A stretch of 64,000 bases of DNA, taken from the IMG/VR virus record IMGVR_UViG_3300042274_000333. One strand, written 5' to 3'. The translations under genes were made by a program, and so were the position numbers. Positions 39,582 to 48,869 of the stretch are shown piece by piece. Origin of the DNA: an uncultured virus (IMG/VR IMGVR_UViG_3300042274_000333). Lineage: Duplodnaviria > Heunggongvirae > Uroviricota > Caudoviricetes. The notes beneath the pieces were generated by a model. The model did no database searches. It saw only the letters and a program-made list of their open reading frames with translations, and was not told where the DNA came from. Position 1 is the stretch's first letter. The number at the start of each line of letters is the position of its first letter.

Positions 39582-39636
39582 AAGCCGAAACCGCTTTCGG
39601 GCGGTCTGCCAGTGATACTGGTACTGACGATGGCTA
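39582..39636 (+). ncRNA. Hammerhead ribozyme, type II
   Basis: AGCC-GAAA-CCGC/GCGG-UC^-UGCCAGU/ACUGGUA-CUGACGA-U-GGCU; cleavage after 39606. Confidence 0.88.
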
Positions 39637-39729
39637 AGTAGGGGTGGTGTATCCAAATGGTGGAAACATTACCTACTTGACAAGAAACTAAAAAAATGCT
39701 ACAATGATGGCATGAAGCGAGGTTCTTGA

Positions 39730-39816
39730 ATGGAAGTATGGGAAAGTATTGTGTCTGTTGAGTTTGACGATTTTGACGATTTTGACGACTATTTCTTTGA
39801 TGATGACGAATTTTAG
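39730..39816 (+). CDS. 28-aa acidic micropeptide
   Basis: GAGG RBS, own promoter; MEVWESIVSVEFDDFDDFDDYFFDDDEF. Confidence 0.55.
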   Translation: MEVWESIVSVEFDDFDDFDDYFFDDDEF

Positions 39817-39855
39817 GGGCTTGACAAGAAACTAAAAAAATGGTAAGGTGCTAGT

Positions 39856-39948
39856 ATGACATTTGAAGAAATAATAGACTTGTATATTAGTTTAGGGTAT
39901 CCGTATGAACTAGCGGAAAGTATTGCCCTTGCCGAGTTCGGCAGATAG
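39856..39948 (+). CDS. 30-aa micropeptide
   Basis: AAGGTG RBS; fills a promoter cassette. Confidence 0.5.
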   Translation: MTFEEIIDLYISLGYPYELAESIALAEFGR

Positions 39949-40003
39949 GGGCTTGACAAGAAACTAAAAAAATGCTATAATGATGGCATGACAAGGGGGC
40001 TGT

Positions 40004-40381
40004 ATGGCTTACATGAACCAAGAACGAAAAAAGGTATTAGTGGAAAATGTCAAAAAAGTGCTTGCGGAACAATTTCCAGATGTGAAGATTAAGGCAACAT
40101 ATAGCGTTCGCAATAGAAGTAGCATTGTTATGACAATACAGGAATGTTCTTTGAATCTTCTTGAAGATATGCCAAATAGGGATAGGCACGACGTGAATGT
40201 ATATCATATTGATAGTCATTTTACGGGTAGAAACGCTGAACTATTACAGGCTTGCCGAAATGCTATGATGGTTGGCAATCATGACAACTCTAATGTTATG
40301 GTAGATTATTTTGACGTGGGGTGGTATGTAGATATTCATATCGGGAAATGGGACAAACCTTTTAAAGTAATAGGGGCTTGA
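40004..40381 (+). CDS. Early phage protein (DNS..M.DYFDVGWY motif)
   Basis: Promoter cassette. Confidence 0.75.
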   Translation: MAYMNQERKKVLVENVKKVLAEQFPDVKIKATYSVRNRSSIVMTIQECSLNLLEDMPNRDRHDVNVYHIDSHFTGRNAELLQACRNAMMVGNHDNSNVMVDYFDVGWYVDIHIGKWDKPFKVIGA

Positions 40382-40428
40382 CAAGAAACTAAAAAAATGC
40401 TACAATGATGGCATGACAAGGGGGCTGT

Positions 40429-40599
40429 ATGAATCAAGAGGCAATCAATTCTGCAAAGTGGGAATCGTTTATGAAAGTAATAGAAGTGATACGACCGTTT
40501 GATGTTGCGGGTAAGTTTGAAGCAATCTATAATGCAATAGACCAAATAAACGAGGACACGGAAAATTTTCTGGAAAAAATGGGCATTGTAGCATCTTGA
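40429..40599 (+). CDS. 56-aa early protein
   Basis: Same leader/RBS as 39219 and 40004. Confidence 0.65.
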   Translation: MNQEAINSAKWESFMKVIEVIRPFDVAGKFEAIYNAIDQINEDTENFLEKMGIVAS

Positions 40600-40754
40600 C
40601 AAGGAACTAAAAAAATGGTACAGTTAGGTATATGGTTGTTGTGGTTAGTAGGTGTATTTGCTATTCTTATGGCAATATGGGTCATTTTATGTTTTAAACA
40701 TCTTGGATAGGGGCTTGACAAGAAACTAAAAAAATGCTATAATAAAGAGGCGTT

Positions 40755-41126
40755 ATGACAAGAAAAGAAAAAAGATTTTTTGATAAAGAACTAAACAAAC
40801 TAGCGCACGAAGTGATAGATATATGTATAGCGTGTAGAAAAGAAGGGGTAAAAACTTCCGTATTTGAAGCTAATACTGTCTTTAAATCGTGGGCTAAGAT
40901 AGAGATAGGCAATCTTCTGTTGAGAATAAACGTGAAGGATAGTTATTATCTTTATTATAAAGATGTCTGTTTTGAGGATTATGAAAATATGGCTAATGTT
41001 TTAAGGATTGTATGGAATATCTTTAGCAAAGAAAAGGAAAGGCTTTTACCACTTCTTAATACGCACAAGAACAATAGAATGAGAGAATTTGAAGCTGAAT
41101 TTTCTGCCTACTTGACAAGAAACTAA
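40755..41126 (+). CDS. Early hypothetical protein
   Basis: Promoter cassette. Confidence 0.65.
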   Translation: MTRKEKRFFDKELNKLAHEVIDICIACRKEGVKTSVFEANTVFKSWAKIEIGNLLLRINVKDSYYLYYKDVCFEDYENMANVLRIVWNIFSKEKERLLPLLNTHKNNRMREFEAEFSAYLTRN

Positions 41127-41162
41127 AAAAATGCTATGATGATGGTATGAAAGGATGAAACA

Positions 41163-41522
41163 ATGGATACTAAAAAAATATCTGCTGATGAATATTGGTT
41201 AAAAAATGGTTATGCTATTGTAAAGTTGTCAAGAAAAGACCATAACAAACTTTTGCCTACTAGAATAAAGATTTTTAAGAATGGAAGATATTTTCTAAAA
41301 GAAACGGAAGAAAAAAGATTTGCGTATTATACGAAAGTTAATATATTAGGTAAACTTTTTGCTACTATTGCTTTACCAATTGCAATCATAATAGGGGGTG
41401 TAATAAACATAAAAGAGATATGGCAGGGTTATTTAAGCGTTCTAAATGGGGGTTATAGTGGTTTTAGGAGAATAGATAATATCCATTTGATAGACCTACT
41501 TGACAAGAAACTAAAAAAATGA
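41163..41522 (+). CDS. Early membrane protein
   Basis: Promoter cassette, one TM segment. Confidence 0.65.
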   Translation: MDTKKISADEYWLKNGYAIVKLSRKDHNKLLPTRIKIFKNGRYFLKETEEKRFAYYTKVNILGKLFATIALPIAIIIGGVINIKEIWQGYLSVLNGGYSGFRRIDNIHLIDLLDKKLKK

Positions 41523-41557
41523 TATAATGAGGTATCACAAAAGAAAAGAGGTAAAAA

Positions 41558-41815
41558 ATGGATAAAATTTATGGTCTTTGTTTTGATACTGGTTATATTT
41601 CACCTTCAAGTTTTTGTTTCTTCAAGTGTAAGAACAAAACAGAAACAAGAAAAGCAGGGAATTTATACAGAAAACAGTGGAATGTAGAACCAAAAATTTA
41701 CGCTATAGTTGAAATACCTGCTCATTTAGTGGAAGATGATTTTGAAAAAGCAAGAGAATTTGCCAGTGAAACAGTTAGGAATAGTCCTAAATATAAGTTA
41801 GAATATGGTTTTTGA
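41558..41815 (+). CDS. Early hypothetical protein
   Basis: Promoter cassette. Confidence 0.65.
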   Translation: MDKIYGLCFDTGYISPSSFCFFKCKNKTETRKAGNLYRKQWNVEPKIYAIVEIPAHLVEDDFEKAREFASETVRNSPKYKLEYGF

Positions 41816-41919
41816 GGTCTATTGACAAAAAACTAAAAAAATGATATAATGAGGATGTAAAATGGAAATTTCACAATTCTTGGCTGGTTCCCCATCCCAC
41901 CAGCACCGGAGGAAAAGAT

Positions 41920-42186
41920 ATGAGATTGAAAGAAAAAGACGGTGTGGAATCTTGTGGAGTATGCGGTAAGTATCCCTATATAGGAAAGAGAACATACAGA
42001 GTTGAGATACCTAAAAAGGAAAGATGTTGTCCTATAAATGAATATGATACATATGAAGGTTATGAAATATACTGTTGTAATTCTTGGCATAAGGTCTGTA
42101 AACAAGGGAAAACTTTAGAAGATGCTAAAAGAAAATGGAATGATATTTGGATAAAATCAATACCAGAAGGTATGGTGGGGGCTTGA
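41920..42186 (+). CDS. Cys-rich early protein (Lar-like Zn pattern)
   Basis: GGAGG RBS; CGVCG..YCC..AKRKWN. Confidence 0.6.
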   Translation: MRLKEKDGVESCGVCGKYPYIGKRTYRVEIPKKERCCPINEYDTYEGYEIYCCNSWHKVCKQGKTLEDAKRKWNDIWIKSIPEGMVGA

Positions 42187-42222
42187 CAAAAAACTAAAAA
42201 AATGATATAATGAGGATGTAAA

Positions 42223-42504
42223 ATGGAAAGATGGAAAAGTAATTTGATGGTGCTGGTTCTTTTTATTCCTAATGTTTTGTTAAAAGCATTTGTAATAACT
42301 AAAATATATGTTATGTTTGCCTTGAATGAAGTTTTCAAAGTAGATATAACAATGGCACATTGGATTGGCATTTCTTTTGTGTTAGGTTTGTTATATTCAA
42401 AAAAAAATACAAGCGAAACTCCAGCAGAGGATATGATTGCTTCTTGTATTGCGTTTCTTATGACTTGGGGATTTTCTGCTCTTATCAAGCTGATTATTGG
42501 ATAG
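42223..42504 (+). CDS. Early membrane protein
   Basis: Three hydrophobic segments. Confidence 0.65.
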   Translation: MERWKSNLMVLVLFIPNVLLKAFVITKIYVMFALNEVFKVDITMAHWIGISFVLGLLYSKKNTSETPAEDMIASCIAFLMTWGFSALIKLIIG

Positions 42505-42544
42505 GGGCTTGACAAGAAACTAAAAAAATGCTATAATAGGATAT

Positions 42545-42598
42545 AAGCCGAAACCGCTTTCGGGCGGTCTACCAGTGATGCTGGTACTGATGAGGCTA
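42545..42598 (+). ncRNA. Hammerhead ribozyme, type II (second copy)
   Basis: AGCC-GAAA-CCGC/GCGG-UC^-UACCAGU/GCUGGUA-CUGAUGA-GGCU; cleavage after 42569. Confidence 0.92.
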
Positions 42599-42791
42599 AA
42601 TCAGATTTATGGAATAGGTTTAGTTTTTAGATAGTAGCGTTGCCTACTTGACAAAAAACTAAAAAAATGCTATGATAAGTTAACGAAAAGCGGAAACGCT
42701 GAATGAAAAAACAAGTAGCGTTGCCTACTTGACAAAAAACTAAAAAAATGATACAATAGGGTATCAAACGAAACGTAAAGGAGAACGTAAA

Positions 42792-43136
42792 ATGAGAGAA
42801 GATGTTAAGAATGTATTGTCTGGTCTGTCTTATGACGAGCTGTTGGAAGTTGGCACTTTGCTGACTGATTTGAAGAAAGGTGCAAGAGCTGATGCCAAGG
42901 CTGAAGCTACTGCAACTCAAGAGGCTACTGTGGCTAGAGTGAATGGGCTTATCGCTTCCGGTTCTTTGAAGTTGGGTTCGGAAATTCTTGTTTCTTACAA
43001 GAATAAGGTGGTTAACGCTACCGTCAAGACCGTTCCAACCGAAAAGGCAAAGAACCTTCGGTTGTATTCCGAGTCTTTTGATGGGGAAACTCACGAAAGG
43101 TATGCGGATAAGTTCCGGTTCGTGGACTTGGCGTAG
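42792..43136 (+). CDS. Early hypothetical protein
   Basis: Tandem promoters, AAGGAG RBS, GC hairpin 43149-43166 downstream. Confidence 0.8.
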   Translation: MREDVKNVLSGLSYDELLEVGTLLTDLKKGARADAKAEATATQEATVARVNGLIASGSLKLGSEILVSYKNKVVNATVKTVPTEKAKNLRLYSESFDGETHERYADKFRFVDLA

Positions 43137-43201
43137 AGTCGGATGTCGGAGGGGCTTTTGCCCCTCTTGACAAGAAACTAAAAATATAATATCCTTGTTA
43201 A

Positions 43202-43945
43202 AGCAAGGTTGCACACCACTCCCATTCTGGGGATGGAAACATTATCCTACCTGTGTTCTTCCATTGTCTGGTGTGTAGTAGGTGATTAGGTGCGGTGGTT
43301 TTCTAGGATGTAAAACCGTTTTCTGTAAAATAACGGAAAAAAAGTCTACTATAGTAGATACCACTGTGAAGCTGTTATAAAGGTTTTTGCTTTTTTCCCT
43401 TAATAAACAAGACAGGATAGGTTTTGCTTGTTACCTACTAGAAAAAACAAATGAGTAGGTTTTTGCCCGTTTTACTGAACAAACGTATCCTAGGCAAGGT
43501 GTCGCATGTTTTTTAGTTATGGTTTTTGTAGACAGAAATAAAATAAACTGTGGCTAGTGGGAGATTCACTTAAACTTTTCTCACCTCAACTTATCAAGGT
43601 TAATGGATAGGTAGTTATATATCGCTATTGATATATCGCAGAATGAGCGTCAGATTTTCCGTATTCAAAGTGTCGTAATACTTTGTGGGATATAGTGTTA
43701 GCCTGGGAAAATAAGTTTGCTATACCCTTAATACTGAAAAACATTAGAAGTCCAAGGCAGGCAGTTTACATATTTAAGCGTGAAATATGTCGTTTCTAGA
43801 TAACGTTATATCTAAATCTTTTAGATTTTTGCAAGTTCTGGATAATAGAAAATGTAGCTAAAATGTAAGACAAATTTAGCTATATTAGTTCGGTGTATGG
43901 TGTAGTCCTTGATGTGTCTTTAGAGCATACGCACAGTGTAGCCAA
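43202..43945 (+). ncRNA. Candidate large structured ncRNA (~740 nt)
   Basis: Promoter-bounded, ORF-less, >10 helices, complementary ends. Confidence 0.65.
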
Positions 43946-43997
43946 CTAACTTTATTTGGGGCTTGACAAGAAACTAAAAAAATAGTATAATAAGTTA

Positions 43998-44290
43998 ACG
44001 TTAGGTTATGGAGGTAAATCGCAATGCGAATAAGGGACGCTCCCTAGAAGGTATTTAATATAATATAACAATATTTTTTGGATAATAACCTAGACCTTAC
44101 AAAACGTAGGATTATTTGAATACGTTTGATTAGGAAAAAGAGAAATAACTAGATGTCAGAATAGAGATAAAACTATATCCCTATGGGAGTTAAAGTTTTA
44201 TTTGTTAGTATGGCTGATGTTATTTCTCTTGTTTTTTTTTATGCTTTATGTTTAAAGCCGTTTACTTAACTCGTAAAGGGCTTTAAAGAT
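43998..44290 (+). ncRNA. Candidate structured ncRNA
   Basis: Own promoter; multi-hairpin 5' domain, 93-nt imperfect hairpin + U-tract. Confidence 0.45.
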
Positions 44291-44367
44291 GAAACATGAT
44301 AGGGCTTGACAAAAAACTAAAAAAATGATACCATAAGGTATCAAACGAAACGTAAAGGAGAAACGTA

Positions 44368-44844
44368 ATGGAACGTGAAAGAGATTGTAAAGTGGGGCTT
44401 ATTACGGAAGTTTTGGAAAATAGCGGATTTGAATACATGGTAGTGGATTTGGTTAAAAAGAAATCCGGCACTTTAGATTGGAGCAGGACTGAATGTTTTA
44501 GAGATAAAAGTGATATGTTAGATTTTTACTATAAAGAAGGTGCGGTATATTTCTTTGTTGTAAAAGATCTTGTGCTAAAAATAGGGCAAACTGATAGAAC
44601 TGTTATTAAGCGATTGGAAGATTATAACAAAGGCAGGAATAGTGAAGGCACTGAAGGTTTTGTTATGAAATATCTTAAGAATTGTAATAGCAAAGTAAAA
44701 TTGTATGTTGTTTATCCAGAAGGTGAAATCTCTTTCGGTTCAATGGTAATGCCCATGAGTTCCGCATCATTAGAGGACGCCTTTATTAAAACATATTTTA
44801 GCAAGTTTGGTTGCTTGCCTATTCTTAACAAGGGGTTTTGTTAA
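44368..44844 (+). CDS. GIY-YIG-like nuclease
   Basis: GAVYFF..LKIGQT..RL..E..P.LN. Confidence 0.65.
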   Translation: MERERDCKVGLITEVLENSGFEYMVVDLVKKKSGTLDWSRTECFRDKSDMLDFYYKEGAVYFFVVKDLVLKIGQTDRTVIKRLEDYNKGRNSEGTEGFVMKYLKNCNSKVKLYVVYPEGEISFGSMVMPMSSASLEDAFIKTYFSKFGCLPILNKGFC

Positions 44845-44900
44845 ACCCTCTTGACAAGAAACTAAAAAAATGCTACAATGATAGCATGAAAGGATGAAAC

Positions 44901-45212
44901 ATGAAAGTAAAAGTAATGCTTGATATTAACGAAGAAAATCAAAGATTCACTAATGCTGTTGAAAATCTTATTAGATATAATGAAACGCTTCCAGAAGAAG
45001 AACAATTTTGCCTAGAAGAAGGTGAAAGTTATGCCTTTGATGATGATTATATCAGTACTTACGATACTGATTTGCCTTTTATTATTTTTGATACAAAAAA
45101 GGATTATATGTGTGAAGTAAATAATGGTGATGCTACTTGTTTCTTTATAGGGAAGAAACCTATTAAACTTGAAAAAACAAAGACTATAAATGTTAGTTAT
45201 TACTGGCGTTAA
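44901..45212 (+). CDS. Early hypothetical protein
   Basis: Promoter cassette. Confidence 0.65.
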   Translation: MKVKVMLDINEENQRFTNAVENLIRYNETLPEEEQFCLEEGESYAFDDDYISTYDTDLPFIIFDTKKDYMCEVNNGDATCFFIGKKPIKLEKTKTINVSYYWR

Positions 45213-45223
45213 AGGATAGAAAC

Positions 45224-45436
45224 ATGAATGGAATTTCGGAAAGAGAAAAGGCTTTTAAAATTAGTTATGAAAAGTTTATCAAGAAATGGAATGTAATTCC
45301 AGTTATTTATAAATCGTCTGATGAGTGGGGTGATTTTACCCATTTAGTGTTTATGGAAAATGGTAAATACTGCAACATAAACTGTAGTGTTGATTGTAAA
45401 GTTGTAGATGAAGGCTATCATGGGATGGGGAGTTGA
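45224..45436 (+). CDS. Hypothetical protein
   Basis: AAGGA RBS. Confidence 0.55.
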   Translation: MNGISEREKAFKISYEKFIKKWNVIPVIYKSSDEWGDFTHLVFMENGKYCNINCSVDCKVVDEGYHGMGS

Positions 45437-45440
45437 AAAA

Positions 45441-45680
45441 ATGAGAGGAATGTATTTAGTAAAATATCCCGATGATATGAGTTATTTTGTAGATGGTGAA
45501 GCTACTCAAGTTTATATCTCAAAAGAAGAAGCAGTCGGTAGGATTCAAAATGTAATAGATGCTATGGTTGAGGAAAATGAGGAAAATGTCATAGAAATTG
45601 CCAAAGAAATTGAAATTTATGAAATAGGCGAAAAACTTAATATGATTTTTTCTGTTAAACTTTTAAACATAGAGGATTGA
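45441..45680 (+). CDS. Hypothetical protein, paralogue of 46441..46722
   Basis: Shared QVY..K, MVE, EI.IYEIG..LN. Confidence 0.65.
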   Translation: MRGMYLVKYPDDMSYFVDGEATQVYISKEEAVGRIQNVIDAMVEENEENVIEIAKEIEIYEIGEKLNMIFSVKLLNIED

Positions 45681-45727
45681 CAAAAAACTAAAAAAATGCT
45701 ACAATGATGGCATGAAAGGATGAAACG

Positions 45728-46444
45728 ATGGATACTCTTAAATCTTTAAAAGAAGAAATGCTTGATGCTGAAGTATTTTTTAATAGGGAAGTTGCCGATT
45801 TGGAATATGCTGATGGCATGAATGGCGGTAGAGGTTTTTGGGGTGGAGATAAAAGTTTTAACAACTCTTATAATGCCATTAGAGAAACATTTAGCGGTAA
45901 AGTAGAAAACATTCAGTCAAGATTAAAGAGTATTTTAAATGAATGTGATAAATATGTAGTCTATGGTTTCGGGCATAAACTTCTAGGGACTATTATTTCA
46001 TTTAATGATAAAAATTTATTTGTTTCTAATGGTGATAATACACTATTTAGCACATACAGCTGGGAACAGGTTTATTACATTGAAGATAGTTCAAGGGAAA
46101 ATAGAATACTTAATCTGTATAATACATTTATAATCGGTGAAATAAAAGAACGGATTGATAACATTAGAGAGGATTCAAGGGAGTTTATAGATGAAGTAAT
46201 TTTAAACGAAGAAGGTATCATTGTAGAGGGTAGTCCAGAATATAAAAACCTTATTTATTGCATTTATGGCTATTTTGATAAAATAAATTACGAAGAAACT
46301 GAATGGATTAGCGTTTATTCAAAATTGCTTGAAATGTCTTTAGAAAATCATAACTTCTTTGAAGAAGAAAATATCAGTAGTGATATTTTTCTCATGGTTG
46401 ATGAAATTCTTGATGTTATGATTGAAGAAAATAAATACAAATGA
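45728..46444 (+). CDS. Acidic early hypothetical protein
   Basis: Promoter cassette. Confidence 0.7.
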   Translation: MDTLKSLKEEMLDAEVFFNREVADLEYADGMNGGRGFWGGDKSFNNSYNAIRETFSGKVENIQSRLKSILNECDKYVVYGFGHKLLGTIISFNDKNLFVSNGDNTLFSTYSWEQVYYIEDSSRENRILNLYNTFIIGEIKERIDNIREDSREFIDEVILNEEGIIVEGSPEYKNLIYCIYGYFDKINYEETEWISVYSKLLEMSLENHNFFEEENISSDIFLMVDEILDVMIEENKYK

Positions 46445-46722
46445 AAGAAAAGATGAAAATGAAATATGCAGTAGAGTTTCCAGAAGAATTTCATTACTAT
46501 GTAATGAGAGAGTGTAGCGAAACCGAAGAATTGGTACAAGTTTATTATACTAAAGATGCTTTACTTTTAAATATACGAAATATGGTAGGGGATATGGTAG
46601 AAAACGGAGAAAACTATAACCTTATTTCACGGTTCATAAAGGAAATAAAAATTTATGAAATAGGAAAAGAGTTGAATATATCATACAGTATGGTCTTGAG
46701 CGTAAATGATATAGGGGCTTGA
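46441..46722 (+). CDS. Hypothetical protein
   Basis: Paralogue of 45441. Confidence 0.65.
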   Translation: MKEKMKMKYAVEFPEEFHYYVMRECSETEELVQVYYTKDALLLNIRNMVGDMVENGENYNLISRFIKEIKIYEIGKELNISYSMVLSVNDIGA

Positions 46723-46766
46723 CAAGAAACTAAAAAAATGCTACAATAGCATAAAGGAAAAATAAC

Positions 46767-46973
46767 ATGGCAAATAGGTCGCATCCAGAATCTTGTTTTA
46801 ATGGAAATTTAACGGAGATAGCTTTTCAAGTTCTTAAAGCCGTATTGGATTCATCTAATGATGATATGTCTTCGCTAGACGGCATTGCTGATGCCATAGT
46901 CTTTATTATGGGTAAATCAAGTGCCGAAGAATTAGCATATTTTATAAACGAGAGGATAGAAGATAGTTTGTAG
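46767..46973 (+). CDS. Early hypothetical protein
   Basis: Promoter cassette. Confidence 0.6.
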   Translation: MANRSHPESCFNGNLTEIAFQVLKAVLDSSNDDMSSLDGIADAIVFIMGKSSAEELAYFINERIEDSL

Positions 46974-47046
46974 ATATAAACATATTAACTGGGGCTTGAC
47001 AAGAAACTAAAAAAATGATATAATAAAATATCAATGAGGATGAACG

Positions 47047-47466
47047 ATGAAAGCAAAAGATTTTTTTCCCGATAATGATTATGTGACTTTTTCAAGGTCA
47101 GATTTGGAACGTGCTTTTGAAAAGGCATATAACGCAGGATATACCGAAGCAAATATTACTTCTGGAAAGATGGTTGAAGTTATTTTTATATCAAGAGATA
47201 AATTTGACTTTGGTATGGAAAATTATATTTTTAGCAGAGGTTCTGGTATTGTCATGTTTTATGATGAAGAAATGGCTATGAAATTGTATGATTTTGTCAC
47301 TGATATAGGTTTAGAAACAAAAGATTATACCTTTGAGGAACTTCTTGGAAAAGAAATGGCTAATGATTTTATTGATGGAAGAATGGCAGGTCATGAAAGA
47401 ACTCTTATTAAGGATAAATTTCCAGAATTTGTCAAGAAATATGAGGAAAAGAAAAATGTTAGGTAA
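47047..47466 (+). CDS. Early hypothetical protein
   Basis: Promoter cassette. Confidence 0.65.
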   Translation: MKAKDFFPDNDYVTFSRSDLERAFEKAYNAGYTEANITSGKMVEVIFISRDKFDFGMENYIFSRGSGIVMFYDEEMAMKLYDFVTDIGLETKDYTFEELLGKEMANDFIDGRMAGHERTLIKDKFPEFVKKYEEKKNVR

Positions 47467-47646
47467 AGAAGTATGTTGTTTTGATAAAAAGTGGAAAATA
47501 ATTTGGCAAAGAAATGGTTATATAGGGCTATCTGATGGCAAAAATGTTATAACCATTACAGAGCAAGAATTGAGTGAAGAATGTATAAATCATGAGCTTG
47601 ATATAGAAAGCGAGGGTGGACACCCTTTTGAATAGGAAGTAATAAA

Positions 47647-47832
47647 ATGTTTGAATATCTTGTAAAAGCTATATGGAAACCATTGGTAATTTTAGCCTCT
47701 ATTACAGGGGGGTTTGGTTTATTTTTTATTTTGTTCTATGGTTTTTCTCATATGTTGTCATATTTTATTGCTTTTATTCAAGATATTAGGGGTAAAAATT
47801 GCCCTAAATGGGTAAATAGGGTAATAAAATGA
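47647..47832 (+). CDS. Small membrane protein
   Basis: Hydrophobic ORF. Confidence 0.5.
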   Translation: MFEYLVKAIWKPLVILASITGGFGLFFILFYGFSHMLSYFIAFIQDIRGKNCPKWVNRVIK

Positions 47833-48020
47833 TGTTATTTATTGATTTATTTTTTATTTTTTTTACCGTTCTGCTTGCACTACTTTTTTGCTTTTTATGC
47901 TTTATAATAACAATATATTTTAATGCACTAATCGTTATGCTTGTTTGGGATATATGCGGAAATGAAAACTACCCTGAATGGGTAAATAGAATTTTATATT
48001 GATTTTAAAGGACTTAAGAA

Positions 48021-48869
48021 ATGAAAGCGAATAGTATGAGTATCTGTATCCCCTCTATTGTAGAGGGCGGTTTTTTTTGTAATAAAAATTGTCCGTATTG
48101 TGTGTCAAAAATGACAGGAAGTAATAGGATTGATAAAATGAATTTTATTGATAATCTTATTAAGGCAAGACACATGGCGGAAATGGCACAAGTCAATTCT
48201 ATTATTATTACAGGGAAAACTGAACCTCTTTTGAACATGAGTTTTGTAGAAAAAGTTTGTAATATGTTTAAAGTTTTCCCTATAGAAATTCAAACTAATG
48301 GTATTATGTTGAATCATAAGATGATAGGGGATCTTTATACTCTTGGCGTGAATACTATTGCTGTTTCTATGGATAGTCCTGAACAGTTTGACAAAATGAA
48401 GGATATTTTTACCCTTATTAGTGAAGCTGGAATGACTGTACGGCTTACCGTAAATTTGGTAAATGCACTTATGGACGACCATAGGTTTATGACCTTCAAA
48501 AAGTATTTGACATATTGTAAGGAAAATAATGTAGAACAACTTTCGTTCCGTAGAATTACTATTCCTAATCATGCTATTGACACAAAAGAAAGCAAAGAAA
48601 CACAGGAATGGATTAAACAAAATGCTGATGCTGGGCAAGCACAAGTGTTTATTTGGAACTACGAGCAGGATTTGAAAAATGAAGGTATTCATTTGTATGA
48701 TTTGCCTTTTGGGGCAAGTTTGTATATGGTGGATGGAGTTTCTTGTACATTTTTTGATTATTGTATTCAAGATTCTCACAATGAAGATGATATAAGGAGT
48801 TTGATTTACTATGAAGATGGGCATATGGCTTCAACTTGGTACGGGTCAAACTACGGGAGGCTTTTTTAA
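48021..48869 (+). CDS. Radical SAM protein
   Basis: CNKNCPYC, ITGKTEPLL, QTNG, AVSMDS. Confidence 0.88.
   Translation: MKANSMSICIPSIVEGGFFCNKNCPYCVSKMTGSNRIDKMNFIDNLIKARHMAEMAQVNSIIITGKTEPLLNMSFVEKVCNMFKVFPIEIQTNGIMLNHKMIGDLYTLGVNTIAVSMDSPEQFDKMKDIFTLISEAGMTVRLTVNLVNALMDDHRFMTFKKYLTYCKENNVEQLSFRRITIPNHAIDTKESKETQEWIKQNADAGQAQVFIWNYEQDLKNEGIHLYDLPFGASLYMVDGVSCTFFDYCIQDSHNEDDIRSLIYYEDGHMASTWYGSNYGRLF

Larger units (their letters stand above)
38852..47025 (+). repeat. Dispersed ~30-bp repeat = sigma70/sigmaA consensus promoter TTGACA-AGAAACTAAAAAAATGC-TATAAT, ~26 copies
   Basis: -35 at approx. 38852, 38953, 39031, 39100, 39168, 39549, 39677, 39821, 39953, 40378, 40596, 40715, 41112, 41500, 41822, 42183, 42509, 42648, 42729, 43167, 43963, 44306, 44851, 45677, 46719, 46996; 17-bp spacer, extended TG. 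Confidence 0.95.

Noticed and set aside
38852..40000. CRISPR array (repeat-spacer look)
   Set aside because: The repeat is a non-palindromic -35/-10 promoter, spacers range from ~40 to several hundred nt and contain genes, and no cas genes are present.
43202..43945. tmRNA, RNase P or group II intron identity for the large RNA
   Set aside because: No T-arm/tRNA-like 3' end, no recognisable P4 consensus, no domain V; the GTGCG near 43290 alone is insufficient.
48105..48824. 239-aa minus-strand ORF
   Set aside because: Shadow of the radical SAM gene.
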